Source: Macrostomum hystrix (taxonomy: Eukaryota > Animalia > Platyhelminthes). Taken from it: 64,000 bases of DNA. The DNA lies in contig CATNEN010000039.1 of assembly GCA_950097015.1 (NCBI GenBank), forward strand, positions 2,914,001 through 2,978,000, read 5' to 3'. Shown here in pieces: positions 40,228 through 53,868 of the stretch. The stretch's first letter is position 1, and each line of letters opens with the position of its first letter. The notes under the pieces were generated by a model. It did not search any database. It was not told the DNA's origin and saw only the letters and a list, made by a program, of their open reading frames with translations. A program made the translations under genes and the position numbers.

Positions 40228-43200
40228 GACGGGAGAGGGAGAGGCGAGTCGGGAGAGGGAAGAGGCGAGTCGGGAGAGGGGAGAGTCGAGTCGGGAGAGG
40301 GAAGAGGCGAGTCGGGAGAGGGAAGGGGCGAGACGGGAGAGGGAAGAGGCGAGACGGGAAAGGGAAGAGGCGAGTCGGGAGAGGGAAGAGGCGAGACGGG
40401 AGAGGGAAGAGGCGAGACGGGAGAGGGGAGAGGCGAGACGGGAGAGGGAAGAGGCGAGTCGGGAGAGGGAAGAGGCGAGACGGGAGAGGGAAGAGGCGAG
40501 TCGGGAGAGGGAAGAGGCGAGACGGGAGAGGGAAGAGGCGAGACGGGAGAGGGAAGAGGCGAGTCGGGAGAGGAAAGAGTCGAGTCGGGAGAGGGGAGAG
40601 GCGAGACGGGAGAGGGAAGAGGCGAGTCGGGAGAGGGAAGAGGCGAGACGGGAGAGAGAAGAGGCGAGTCGGGAGAGGGGAGAGGCGAGACGGGAGAGGG
40701 AAGAGTCGAGTCGGGAGAGGGGAGAGGCGAGTCGGGAGAGGGAAGAGTCGAGTCGGGAGAGGGGAGAGGCGAGTCGGGAGAGGGAAGAGGCGAGACGGGA
40801 GAGGGAAGAGGCGAGACGGGAGAGGGAAGAGGCGAGTCGGGAGAGGGGAGAGGCGAGTCGGGAGAGGGGAGAGGCGAGTCGGGAGAGGGGAGAGGCGAGT
40901 CGGGAGAGGGGAGAGGCGAGACGGGAGAGGGAGAGGCGAGTCGGGAGAGGGAAGAGGCGAGTCGGGAGAGGGGAGAGGCGAGTCGGGAGAGGGAAGAGGC
41001 GAGTCGGGAGAGGGGAGAGGCGAGTCGGGAGAGGGCGCGTCGGGAGAGGGAAGAGTCGAGTCGGGAGAGGGGAGAGGCGAGTCGGGAGAGGGAAGAGGCG
41101 AGACGGGAGAGGGAAGAGGCGAGACGGGAAAGGGAAGAGGCGAGACGGGAAAGGGAAGAGGCGAGACGGGAAAGGGAAGAGGCGAGACGGGAAAGGGAAG
41201 AGGCGAGACGGGAAAGGGAAGAGGCGAGTCGGGAGAGGGAAGAGGCGAGACGGGAGAGGGAAGAGGCGAGACGGGAGAGGGGAGAGGCGAGACGGGAGAG
41301 GGAAGAGGCGAGTCGGGAGAGGGAAGAGGCGAGACGGGAGAGGGAAGAGGCGAGTCGGGAGAGGGAAGAGGCGAGACGGGAGAGGGAAGAGGCGAGACGG
41401 GAGAGGGAAGAGGCGAGTCGGGAGAGGAAAGAGTCGAGTCGGGAGAGGGGAGAGGCGAGACGGGAGAGGGGAGAGGCGAGACGGGAGAGGGGAGAGGCGA
41501 GTCGGGAGAGGGGAGAGGCGAGACGGGAGAGGGAGAGGCGAGTCGGGAGAGGGAAGAGGCGAGTCGGGAGAGGGGAGAGGCGAGACGGGAGAGGGAGAGG
41601 CGAGTCGGGAGAGGGAAGAGGCGAGTCGGGAGAGGGGAGAGGCGAGTCGGGAGAGGGAAGAGGCGGGACGGGAGAGGGAAGAGTCGAGTCGGGAGAGGGG
41701 AGAGGCGAGTCGGGAGAGGGAAGAGTCGAGTCGGGAGAGGGGAGAGGCGAGTCGGGAGAGGGAAGAGGCGAGACGGGAGAGGGAAGAGGCGAGACGGGAA
41801 AGGGAAGAGGCGAGTCGGGAGAGGGGAGAGGCGAGTCGGGAGAGGGGAGAGGCGAGTCGGGAGAGGGAAGAGTCGAGTCGGGAGAGAGGAGAGGCGAGAC
41901 GGGAGAGGGAGAGGCGAGTCGGGAGAGGGAAGAGGCGAGTCGGGAGAGGGAAGAGGCGAGACGGGAGAGGGGAGAGGCGAGTCGGGAGAGGGGAGAGGCG
42001 AGTCGGGAGAGGGAAGAGTCGAGTCGGGAGAGAGGAGAGGCGAGACGGGAGAGGGAGAGGCGAGTCGGGAGAGGGAAGAGGCGAGACGGGAGAGGGAAGA
42101 GGCGAGTCGGGAGAGGGGAGAGGCGAGTCGGGAGAGGGGAGAGGCGAGTCGGGAGAGGGGAGAGGCGAGTCGGGAGAGGGAAGAGTCGAGTCGGGAGAGA
42201 GGAGAGGCGAGACGGGAAAGGGAAGAGGCGAGTCGGGAGAGGGGAGAGGCGAGTCGGGAGAGGGAAGAGGCGAGTCGGGAGAGGGAAGAGTCGAGTCGGG
42301 AGAGAGGAGAGGCGAGACGGGAGAGGGAGAGGCGAGTCGGGAGAGGGAAGAGGCGAGTCGGGAGAGGGAAGAGGCGAGACGGGAGAGGGAAGAGGCGAGA
42401 CGGGAGAGGAAAGAGTCGAGTCGGGAGAGGGGAGAGGCGAGACGGGAGAGGGAAGAGGCGAGACGGGAGAGGGAAGAGGCGAGTCGGGAGAGGAAAGAGT
42501 CGAGTCGGGAGAGGGGAGAGGCGAGTCGGGAGAGGGAAGAGGCGAGACGGGAGAGGGAAGAGGCGAGTCGGGAGAGGGAAGAGGCGAGACGGGAGAGGGA
42601 AGAGGCGAGACGGGAAAGGGAAGAGGCGAGTCGGGAGAGGGAAGAGGCGAGTCGGGAGAGGGGAGAGTCGAGTCGGGCGAGAGGAGAGGCGAGACGGGAG
42701 AGGGAGAGGCGAGTCGGGAGAGGGAAGAGGCGAGTCGGGAGAGGGAAGAGGCGAGTCGGGAGAGGGAAGAGACGAGTCGGGAGAGGGGAGAGGCGAGTCG
42801 GGAGAGGGAAGAGGCGAGTCGGGAGAGGGGAGAGGCGAGACGGGAGAGGGAGAGGCGAGTCGGGAGAGGGAAGAGGCGAGTCGGGAGAGGGGAGAGGCGA
42901 GTCGGGAGAGGGAAGAGTCGAGTCGGGAGAGGGGAGAGGCGAGTCGGGAGAGGGAAGAGTCGAGTCGGGAGAGGGGAGAGGCGAGTCGGGAGAGGGAAGA
43001 GGCGAGACGGGAGAGGGAAGAGGCGAGACGGGAAAGGGAAGAGGCGAGTCGGGAGAGGGGAGAGGCGAGTCGGGAGAGGGGAGAGGCGAGTCGGGAGAGG
43101 GAAGAGTCGAGTCGGGAGAGAGGAGAGGCGAGACGGGAGAGGGAGAGGCGAGTCGGGAGAGGGAAGAGGCGAGACGGGAGAGGGAAGAGGCGAGACGGGA

Positions 43201-43360
43201 GAGGGGAGAGGCGAGTCGGGAGAGGGAAGAGTCGAGTCGGGAGAGAGGAGAGGCGAGACGGGAGAGGGAGAGGCGAGTCGGGAGAGGGAAGAGGCGAGAC
43301 GGGAGAGGGAAGAGGCGAGACGGGAGAGGGGAGAGGCGAGTCGGGAGAGGGGAGAGGGGA
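40228..43360. repeat. 21-bp purine-rich minisatellite (GGGAGAGGGAAGAGGCGAGTC/AC)
   Basis: 3.1-kb array. Confidence 0.97.
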
Positions 43361-44312
43361 AACAGGAGGGGGAAGATGGAAGAGGGGAGAGAACTGATAA
43401 GAAAGAGAACGCGAAAATAGACGAGATAAAAGAGAAAATATCATTCTCATTTCAACATTCAGAAATGTTTCTGCATAGCGCCGGCTGCAGCTGTGCGACC
43501 TCTGAGCTCCACCCAGTTGAGCTTGGGTTGCTAAAAAATCCCGATCTAGCCTGCCCAAAAAAGGTCTAGAACTCGAGCAGAACTCCGGCTAGTCTCCGAG
43601 GACTCGCTCACTTTTGAAGGGTGGGGCGGAGCCGAGTGTGAGGCGAGAAACTGTCACAGATTTCGGAGTGACGAGTGCTGGGGTTGGTGGGTCGGCCCTG
43701 CACGCTCGGGCCCACATCAGAGTGGCTAATGCGCTGATGCCCTCTGACTTGGACCAAACCCTGAAGCCCTTGTTGATGTTCCGGCCGTCTAGGTGGTGAG
43801 TGTGTGCGTGTATGTGCCGACAGCCGCAAGATCCTTTGTGCCCGAGGGGGATTAATTAAATGCAAAAGTGCAGTCAATCCCATCTCGCAGCTGCTTTTAC
43901 TGCACAGTAAACAGCATGCGAGTGTGTGAGTAAGTGTTGTGTGTATTCACGTCATGCAAAGCAAATGAAAATGATCCAGTCCATTGGGATATGAGGCCGG
44001 TATAATCCAGGTTCGGAGTATCATAATTCAAATGCTGTGCTTGATTTTTGCTTGTAAAAGAAAATTTTCGAACAAACCAATCATTGATCTGAAAAATGCA
44101 TTGTCAAGCCTGGATTCTAGTTGTTTTTCCTTCGTGCGGGCCTCACTGAACATTGAGCGGTTGGGATTTTGTGGGATCATAAAAAGTTTTCTGGAAGGAT
44201 GACTGATTGCTACTTCACTTCCAGCAGTGCTCAAGAGAGCTGTGCTCATTTTGAAACCCTTCAAACTGGGGTCCATTTTGGGATTTTGCTTCGAGGATCG
44301 AGAAATTGGTCG

Positions 44313-45330
44313 TGGGAGTGAGACACTGGGGTGGGAGTAAGACATTGGGGAGTAAGTGAGACATTGGGGTGGGAGTAAGTGAGACACTGGGGTGGGAGTA
44401 AGTGAGACACTGGGGTGGGAGTAAGTGAGACACTGGGGTGGGAGTAAGTGAGACACTGGGGTAGGAGTAAGTGAGACACTGGGGTGGGAGTAAGTGAGAC
44501 ACTGGGGTGGGAGGGAGTGAGATATTGGGGTGGGAGGGAGTGAGACACTGGGGTTGGGGGAGTGAGTCATTGGGGTGGGAGGGAGTGAGTCATTGGGGTG
44601 GGAGTAAGTGAGACACTGGGGTAGGAGTAAGTGAGACACTGGGGTGGGAGGGAGTGAGATATTGGGGTGGGAGGGAGTGAGACACTGGGGTGGGAGGGAG
44701 TGAGACACTGGGGTGGGAGGGAGTGAGACACTGGGGTGGGAGGGAGTGAGTCATTGGGTTTGGGGGAGTGAGACATTGGGGTGGGAAGGAGTGAGACATT
44801 GGGGTGGGAAGGAGTGAGACATTGGGGTGGGAAGGAGTGAGACATTGGGGTGGGAAGGAGTGAGACACTGGGGTGGGAGGGAGTGAGACACTGGGGTGGG
44901 AGGGAGTGAGTCATTGGGTTTGGGGGAGTGAGACATTGGGGTGGGAAGGAGTGTGACATTGGGGTGGGAGGGAGTGAGACACTGGGGTGGGAGGGAGTGA
45001 GACATTGGGGTGGGAAGGAGTGAGACACTGGGGTGGGAGGGAGTGAGTCATTGGGGTGTGAGGGAGTGAGACACTGGTGGGGGGAGGGAGACACTGGGGT
45101 GGGGGAGTGAGACATTGGGGGGGGAGTGAGACATTGGGTTGGGAGTGAGACACTGGGGTGGGAGGGAATGAGTCATTGGGGTGGTAGGGAGTGAGTCATT
45201 GGGGTGTGAGGGAGTGAGACACTGGTGGGGGGAGTGAGACACTGGGGTGGGGGGAGTGAGACATTGGGGGGGGAGTGAGACATTGGGTTGGGAGTGAGAC
45301 AATGGGGTGGGAGTGTGAGATTGGGGTGGG
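44313..45330. repeat. ~23-bp G-rich minisatellite (GGGAGTGAGACACTGGGGTGGGA)
   Basis: Tandem variant units. Confidence 0.95.
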
Positions 45331-45943
45331 ATTAACTTGTATTTAGGTGTTTAATAAGTTGGAGAAGGTTGATACAGCGGAATAAAGGCAAAGAAAAAAG
45401 AGCATAGTGCTGTCAGGAAAGCAAAGTCTGAAATAAGCTTATTAGAACGAAAAAGTCAGGGAACGTAGCAGAGCAAGAACAGCAGCAGCAGCAGCAGCAG
45501 CATCAGCAGCAGTGCGAGCTCTTATATTTGCGCAACAGCAGCCTGAACTAGAAGTGCATTAGCAGCTTGAAGTCCCACCGTGTTTCAGGAAAACTATCTG
45601 TTACTATGCGAGCTACAACAGCGCGGGTTGGCTAGAAATGAAGCCAGACGAAAACAGCACGGCCTGACCACCTCCTTGATCGCCATGTGCGCTGCTTTGT
45701 CTTCTGGCCTGGAATTCTGAAGAAATTGTTTTTAGTTGTTGCCTTTTGTCCGCATATTTTTCCTCTCCTCGGAGGCGGCTGGGGAGGCAGAGTTTCGCAC
45801 ATTTCCAATTTGGTCCGGGAACTGCCACGGCGATCTATTAGTCTCAGCCCTGCTCACTGAGAGCTCAGTCAGTTTGGATGCACCATAAGTTTTCAGTTTA
45901 TTTATCCTGGTTTCCAAAATTTAATGATATTACAATAACACTA

Positions 45944-46187
45944 ATAATAATAATAACATGTCCAGCCGACAGCACAGCCGGAGCTATTGCACGGAGCATC
46001 TGTTCAGTCCATGGACTGGGGGCACGCCACACTCAATTACCCCCAGCTAATGGTGGTACCCATTTAACAGCTGGTGAGCTACGAGTATCTTGCTAAATGA
46101 TATAGATTGTTCCAGTGGAGTCGGGAATCGAACCACTGACCTTCAAGTCATGAGTCCCCGACGCTTAAACAACTAGGTTACTAGCCC
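45944..46187 (-). mobile_element. tRNA-derived SINE family B with (TTA)n tail
   Basis: The reverse complement gives gggctagtaacctag..ggttcgattcccg..ccagctgttaaatgggtacc..agtccatggactgaaca, homologous to 26243-26515. Confidence 0.8.
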
Positions 46188-46919
46188 ATTAAAAAGATAA
46201 AAGCATTGATACAAGCTTAGGTGTAATGTGTGTTGTATCTACCTTGAGTGGCAGCGTGTCCTATCTGTAATTTTGCATTATCTCTGTTTTAATTGATACA
46301 AAGCATTCTATTAGGGAACAAATTACGCCAGGAAACTTTTCGATCAGCTCCTTAAGTACAATTAAGCAGCTTTCACGGTGTGCCCATTCTGTGCCTGTAT
46401 CCATGGCTACCAGCGATTAAAACTGATTATTATTCGCCACTGAAAGCTTGAAAGCTTTTGATGTGACGTTGGAGCCGTTAGGTTGTAAATTTCCTCATTT
46501 TTTATTGCTTAAAACTATTCTCATTGTAGCATGCCATTGTTCACGTTCTGTTGCATTGGAACAAATTGACGATAATTGAACATTTTTTGTATTGAGACAT
46601 TGAGGTTGCAGAACTAGACATTGTTTCGATGGAAGATGCTGGCTTCGCCTGGGAATCTGACTGGGAATCTCTTTGTGTGTTTGAATGAACTGACAATGAA
46701 AGAGAATGACAGAATGGCTGGTGCGCACTGCAGACAGACTGCAATCAACTGTTGAAATAGATGCTTAAAACATTGCAGAGGTGCCCGGTGAAACACCTGA
46801 CGCTTAGACTCAGGGACGGGGCGAGATGGGGCGAGAGAGGGAGGGTAAAATGGAGAGTAACAAAGAAACAGAATGGGAGAAGTAGAATGAGAGGGAGAAT
46901 AGGAGAGGGAGAGTGCGAG

Positions 46920-48095
46920 ATTGAGAGTGAGAGAGTGAGAGTTAGAGAGTGAGAGTTAGAGAGTGAGAGTTAGAGAGTGAGAGTTAGAGAGTGAGAGTGA
47001 GAGTGAGAGAGTGAGAGAGTGAGAGAGTGAGAGAGTGAGAGAGTGAGAGAGTGAGAGAGTGAGAGTGAGAGTGAGAGAGAGTGAGAGAGTGAGAGAGAGT
47101 GAGAGAGTGAGAGAGTGAGAGAGAGTGAGAGTTAGAGAGTGAGAGTTAGAGAGTGAGAGTTAGAGAGTGAGAGTTAGAGAGTGAGAGTTAGAGAGTGAGA
47201 GTTAGAGAGTGAGAGTGAGAGAGTGAGAGTTAGAGAGTGAGAGTTAGAGAGTGAGAGTGAGAGAGGGAGAGTGAGAGTGAGAGAGAGTGAGAGAGTGAGA
47301 GAGTGAGAGAGAGTGAGAGTTAGAGAGTGAGAGTTAGAGAGTGAGAGTTAGAGAGGGAGAGTGAGAGTGAGAGAGTGAGAGAGTGAGAGAGAGTGAGAGT
47401 TAGAGAGTGAGAGTTAGAGAGTGAGAGTGAGAGAGGGAGAGTGAGAGTGAGAGAGAGTGAGAGAGTGAGAGTTAGAGAGTGAGAGTTAGAGAGTGAGAGT
47501 TAGAGAGTGAGAGTTAGAGAGTGAGAGTTAGAGAGGGAGAGTGAGAGAGTGAGAGTGAGAGAGGGAGAGTGAGAGTGAGAGAGTGAGAGAGTGAGAGAGA
47601 GTGAGAGTTAGAGAGTGAGAGTTAGAGAGTGAGAGTTAGAGAGTGAGAGTTAGAGAGTGAGAGAGAGTGAGAGTTAGAGAGTGAGAGTTAGAGAGTGAGA
47701 GTTAGAGAGGGAGAGTGAGAGTGAGAGAGTGAGAGAGTGAGAGAGAGTGAGAGTTAGAGAGTGAGAGTTAGAGAGTGAGAGTTAGAGAGTGAGAGTGAGA
47801 GAGGGAGAGTGAGAGTGAGAGAGAGTGAGAGAGTGAGAGTTAGAGAGTGAGAGTTAGAGAGTGAGAGTTAGAGAGGGAGAGTGAGAGTGAGAGAGTGAGA
47901 GAGTGAGAGAGAGTGAGAGTTAGAGAGTGAGAGTTAGAGAGTGAGAGTGAGAGAGGGAGAGTGAGAGAGAGAGTGAGAGAGAGTGAGAGTTAGAGAGTGA
48001 GAGTTAGAGAGTGAGAGTGAGAGAGAGAGTGAGAGTTAGAGAGTGAGAGTGAGAGAGAGAGAGTGGGAGAGTGAGAGAGAGTGAGAGAGTGAGAG
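46920..48095. repeat. (GAGAGT)n / GAGAGTGAGAGTTA micro/minisatellite
   Basis: Low-complexity GA-rich array. Confidence 0.97.
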
Positions 48096-49574
48096 TTCAT
48101 CCTGTCTCATCAAGTATTTCTGCTGGATTTCATCCTGTCGCTTAAAGTGCTTCTGTTTTACAATTCAGTTTTAGCAGTTTGAGCAAATCAATAATGGCGA
48201 TGATTGTAGTCTTAGCTCCTGGCTAAAAGTGCACATGGTTATTGGCCGATGACACCTCAGTCGTGTCTGATTTGGGCGTGAGTTGCTAGCTGTGTCATTT
48301 TTGCTTGAGAAGACAGTTGTGAAAATGCAGTCTCTCAAAGCCTTGCCAAAGCTGTTACCTTGGCCACTTTGCCTGTGTCGGACCGCCTGAAGGAGATGGC
48401 CCTTAATTATTGATACTCTGAGGCATGACTGTCCTGAATTGGCCGTGTCAATTGGAAACAGAATCGGGGATGCACTTTTAGAACACTGTCTCCATGCCCG
48501 CTGCGAATCTGTTTAAACAAAAGATCATTAGTTTTATATTACCTTCTAGCCTTTTACCGCCAATTTCGGCGCGATTTTAAGAAAATGTAGTGGATTAGAC
48601 AGTCAATGAATTCTTGCTAGGAGTAAAAAATGTTAACGCCTGTGAAGTTAATTAACGATTCATTTTTGGGTCGGATTGCAAACCCAGTTAAATAAACAAA
48701 ATCCTGGAAACTGGATCGGCCATTTTTGGAGCATTTTTTCGAGTGTAGGGAGGGCTGCTTCGGGGTGCAAAAACAGCAAGGCAGACACACAGACCTTCCA
48801 AATGGGATTTCGATATGGGAAAGAAGACAGGAACGCCACCGTTTCTGCTTTTTGCATTTCTCCAGTTTCTTTTTCGGCCCTTCATCCGCTTAGTTTTAAA
48901 TCGCTTTAACCGGCGCCTCCCTCGCCTCGGAAAGTTGGCGAATGAATGGGAAAAATATGGCAACTGAAGCATGAGCTGGGCATTTTTGTCGTTCGGGCAG
49001 GAAGGGGATTCTGAGAGGAAGGAGATTACCTTGCCTTGGGACTTGGATTGGCGCGCAGGTGCACACAGAGAGCAGCAGAAAATAATTCTTCAAGTGGCAA
49101 GCCCAGAGAGCCTCAGGTGGAGGAAGGCAATTAGGCCAATATTTCCCCAGTGTTCTTCAGCTGTTCAGTTCTTTATATCCCCATTTCTTCCCGACCAATG
49201 GCCCGACCAGCTTGTCTTTCTACTTATCACCCAGCCTCATTTAGTTTTTTTCCTGATCATTGTTCGCGCGGACTTTATCGCCTAGTTGCGTTTGATACTC
49301 CGCCCGCATAGCGCATTCTGCAGGGATTCTGCAGGGATTCTGCAGGGATTATGCAGGGATTCGCAATTTGCAAATACCAAATTAACTGGCTCAAGGCTGC
49401 GGTTCCGTACCTTTATTTTCAAACCGGAGCGAAAATTGTTGGTGAAACTTATCATAAAGCCTACATTTTGGGACAGTCACTGACCTGCTGCAGAATAATC
49501 TAACTCTTTTATAACAGTTTGGCATACTGTCTAACAAATTTTTGGGAATCGCTTAACAGTTTGGGACAATCTCT

Positions 49575-51780
49575 AACAGCTTGAGGTGCTGTCTAACAGC
49601 TTGAGGTGCTGTCTAACAGCTTGAGGTGCTGTCTAACAGCTTGAGGTGCTGTCTAACAGCTTGAGGTACTGTCTAACAGCCTGAGGTACTGTCTAACAGC
49701 CTGAGGTACTGTCTAACAGCCTGAGGTACTGTCTAACAGCCTGAGGTACTGTCTAACAGCTTGAGGTACTGTCTAACAGCCTGAGGTACTGTCTAACAGC
49801 TTGAGGTGCTGTCTAACAGCTTGAGGTACTGTCTAACAGCTTGAGGTACTGTCTAACAGCTTCAGGTCTGTGTAACAGCCTGAGGTACTGTCTAACAGCT
49901 TCAGGTGCTGTCTAACAGCTTGAGGTATTGTCTAACAGCTTGAGTTACTGTCTAACAGCTTGAGGTACTGTCTAACAGCTTCAGGTCTGTGTAACAGCCT
50001 GAGGTACTGTCTAACAGCCTGAGGTACTGTCTAACAGCTTGAGGTACTGTCTAACAGCCTGAGGTACTGTCTAACAGCTTCAGGTGCTGTCTAACAGCTT
50101 CAGGTGCTGTCTAACAGCTTGAGGTACTGTCTAACAGCCTGAGGTACTGTCTAACAGCCTGAGGTACTGTCTAACAGCCTGAGGTACTGTCTAACAGCCT
50201 GAGGTACTGTCTAACAGCCTGAGGTACTGTCTAACAGCTTGAGGTACTGTCTAACAGCTTGAGGTACTGTCTAACAGCCTGAGGTACTGTCTAACAGCCT
50301 GAGGTACTGTCTAACAGCCTGAGGTACTGTCTAACAGCCTGAGGTACTGTCTAACAGCCTGAGGTACTGTCTAACAGCCTGAGGTACTGTCTAACAGCCT
50401 GAGGTACTGTCTAACAGCCTGAGGTACTGTCTAACAGCCTGAGGTACTGTCTAACAGCCTGAGGTACTGTCTAACAGCCTGAGGTACTGTCTAACAGCCT
50501 GAGGTACTGTCTAACAGCCTGAGGTACTGTCTAACAGCTTCAGGTCTGTGTAACAGCTTGAGGTACTGTCTAACAGCCTGAGGTACTGTCTAACAGCCTG
50601 AGGTACTGTCTAACAGCCTGAGGTACTGTCTAACAGCTTCAGGTGCTGTCTAACAGCTTCAGGTGCTGTCTAACAGCTTGAGGTGCTGTCTAACAGCTTG
50701 AGGTACTGTCTAACAGCCTGAGGTACTGTCTAACAGCCTGAGGTACTGTCTAACAGCCTGAGGTACTTACTGTCTAACAGCCTGAGGTACTGTCTAACAG
50801 CCTGAGGTACTGTCTAACAGCTTGAGGTACTGTCTAACAGCTTGAGGTACTGTCTAACAGCCTGAGGTACTGTCTAACAGCCTGAGGTACTGTCTAACAG
50901 CCTGGGGTACTGTCTAACAGCCTGAGGTACTGTCTAACAGCTTGAGGTACTGTCTAACAGCTTGAGGTACTGTCTAACAGCCTGACGTACTGTCTAACAG
51001 CCTGACGTACTGTCTAACAGCTTCAGGTGCTGTCTAACAGCTTCAGGTGCTGTCTAACAGCTTGAGGTACTGTCTAACAGCCTGAGGTACTGTCTAACAG
51101 CCTGAGGTACTGTCTAACAGCCTGAGGTACTGTCTAACAGCCTGAGGTACTGTCTAACAGCTTGAGGTACTGTCTAACAGCCTGACGTACTGTCTAACAG
51201 CCTGACGTACTGTCTAACAGCCTGACGTACTGTCTAACAGCTTCAGGTGCTGTCTAACAGCTTCAGGTGCTGTCTAACAGCTTGAGGTACTGTCTAACAG
51301 CCTGAGGTACTGTCTAACAGCCTGAGGTACTGTCTAACAGCCTGAGGTACTGTCTAACAGCTTGAGGTACTGTCTAACAGCTTGAGGTACTGTCTAACAG
51401 CCTGAGGTACTGTCTAACAGCCTGAGGTACTGTCTAACAGCCTGAGGTACTGTCTAACAGCTTGAGGTACTGTCTAACAGCCTGAGGTACTGTCTAACAG
51501 CTTGAGGTACTGTCTAACAGCTTCAGGTGCTGTCTAACAGCTTCAGGTGCTGTCTAACAGCTTGAGGTACTGTCTAACAGCCTGAGGTACTGTCTAACAG
51601 CCTGAGGTACTGTCTAACAGCCTGAGGTACTGTCTAACAGCCTGAGGTACTGTCTAACAGCCTGAGGTACTGTCTAACAGCCTGAGGTACTGTCTAACAG
51701 CTTCAGGTGCTGTCTAACAGCTTGAGGTACTGTCTAACGGCTTGTAGTATTGCCTAACAGTTTATGAGACTGTCTAACAG
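49575..51780. repeat. 20-bp minisatellite (TGTCTAACAGCCTGAGGTAC), ~110 copies
   Basis: Highly homogeneous array. Confidence 0.98.
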
Positions 51781-53091
51781 GTTTATTCAATGTTTTGCAC
51801 TTAAACATAGGTCCCTCTATTAGCTCAGTAAGCCATCTGAGAGTTAAGCTCGATTTTGTCGCCTGGAGTTAAAGAAATTCTCAGCGCAAAAGAGCTGAAC
51901 AATGAGAGAAATTCTTGGACTCCAATTTGGCCCCGCTATCTCGGAGATGATAAAATCAAAGAAAACGAAACTCTCCCGCTGGTGCCGTTCCATTCGAGTT
52001 TAATCCAATCTGTGCTTCGATTTTGCATTGCAATTCCCTTGTCGCATGGGACCCAAAGCCTCAGAAAAGTTCCCGCATCGGCTAACGGCCCGGAGGCCTC
52101 CTGTGCAGCTTTGTAACTGTGGCTAGAGAAATGCATGGGCAAGCAGCAAAAAACAAATTGCAGCCCACCGGCCCTAGCAACCAAAGCCGCGACTGTGATT
52201 GCACGGCCGCCGCCATTATTCACAATCCGTGTTTTCTCCCGTTTTGGACAACGGCATCGGATTTTATCTATCGAAGCTGAACGATTTTAATTCCTGATAA
52301 TTTATTACCCCGTAGGAAAACTGTGAATACGCAATGTAATTACGAGCTAACTGAAAAAATCATGTTTCCGCACTAGCCTACTCAAAGTAGACTAATATTC
52401 AAATACGAAAGCATATTTTAACGAAAAATGTATCAAAATATCAGAAAATTATTGAAAATCAAGCAGATTGTTTTGGAAATTTAGAAAAACTTCAAATTCA
52501 AATATCAAATACCAACATTTCTCTCTTTTTTCTGAATCTCCTAAAATATTCAAGCAATCACCATGAAAATCGAAAACACGGGCTAAAATTTTCCGCTCTA
52601 TCAGATGAAACAACTTCCAGAATCACGAAGCATCGACATCGTCGAATTATTCAACGATTCTCGTTGGGGTGTCTGGAGGCAAAAACCAGCAATATAGGCA
52701 AACATTTTCTGCTCACAAAATTTTATCATGCAATCATGTCACCTACTATTTTGACTAGACTGGTTTGATTATGGATTCGCCATAAATATTTACACAGAGC
52801 AATGTTAGTTGTCCGTGTCACCGGGGTCCTCGACAAGAATCACTGAATATCTCGACGATGCTGACGTCGGACGGCTTTGAAAGTTGGTTCATCGAAAAGG
52901 GCGGAAAATGTTGATCCGTGTGGTGGAGTTTCATGAAAATCGGTCATTCGGTTTGGGAGCAGCGGGTATTTGAAATTGCCGCCTGCTGTATCTCCTCAGA
53001 GGGATAATGGCTCTTTCTACTTTGATAGGATTTATCAAGCAGGTTTTTCTTCAAAAGCTCCACATTCTTGGTGAGCTCAAACTCGGTGAGC

Positions 53092-53868
53092 TCAAACTCG
53101 GGTGTCGCGGATCAGGGGCAGCGCCGTCGCGGTCTTCTCCGCCTCGACTAGCTCGTTCAGCTCAGAGTTGCTGACGGCGGCGACTGTCCGTCGGCTCACC
53201 AGGTGGCAGGCGTTGACGCACAGCAGCGCAACAATCAGGCCAGCCAGGGCGGCGCTGGCCACAGTCAGCAGGAATGTCAGGACGGAGCCCGCCCTGCCGA
53301 GGTCGATGTCGCCGCCAGCCCTGTCCGAGTTTGCGCAGCCGGGTCCTTCGTCTATGAGTCGCAGGCAGAGCAGGCAGTTGACGCTGGCATTTGCGAAGGC
53401 GTCCCGCAACGGGGTCAGCTGGACCTGGCGGAACTCGTGGCTGGCCGAGTAGACAGCGTAGCCCGCAGCCGGGCCGGTGATAATGAACTCCAGCGTGTCG
53501 CCGAGCTGGAAGAGTTCCGTCAGGCTGTCCACGGACACAGCTGATCGCATTGCGTAGGCCTCCCGATAGCTGGGCAGTCGGGCATTGTGCAGGCCGCAGC
53601 GGCTGGCCGCCACTCCGGCGGTGACTGTCCAGATGGTCGCGCCAGAGCCGCCTTTGGGCAGCAGCTGGAACAAGACGCTGCTGGCTGTGGAGAGGCCACA
53701 GTCTGCCGCGTGTCTTCGCTGCTGCAGGCTGAACAGATGCGGGCGCCAGGCTGTCTCGCGAATCGTCAATTCCGGATGTTCGGAATGAGGCGTGGCCGTG
53801 CAGCCAAGCAGCGACAGCAGCAGCAGCTGCAGTGTCCAAGCCTTTTCAACTAGGCGGTGAGAGTTCAT
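53092..53868 (-). CDS. Uncharacterised type-I membrane protein, 258 aa, single exon
   Basis: ATG-initiated GC-rich ORF with a signal-peptide-like LQLLLLSLLGCTA, a Cys-containing ectodomain, a TM segment VLTFLLTVASAALAGLIVALLCV and C-terminus DTRV*. Confidence 0.7.
   Translation of the reverse strand: MNSHRLVEKAWTLQLLLLSLLGCTATPHSEHPELTIRETAWRPHLFSLQQRRHAADCGLSTASSVLFQLLPKGGSGATIWTVTAGVAASRCGLHNARLPSYREAYAMRSAVSVDSLTELFQLGDTLEFIITGPAAGYAVYSASHEFRQVQLTPLRDAFANASVNCLLCLRLIDEGPGCANSDRAGGDIDLGRAGSVLTFLLTVASAALAGLIVALLCVNACHLVSRRTVAAVSNSELNELVEAEKTATALPLIRDTRV

Noticed and set aside
39826-43569. 1247/1114/1130-aa ORFs
   Set aside because: Translations of a stop-free 21-bp repeat, open in several frames on both strands.
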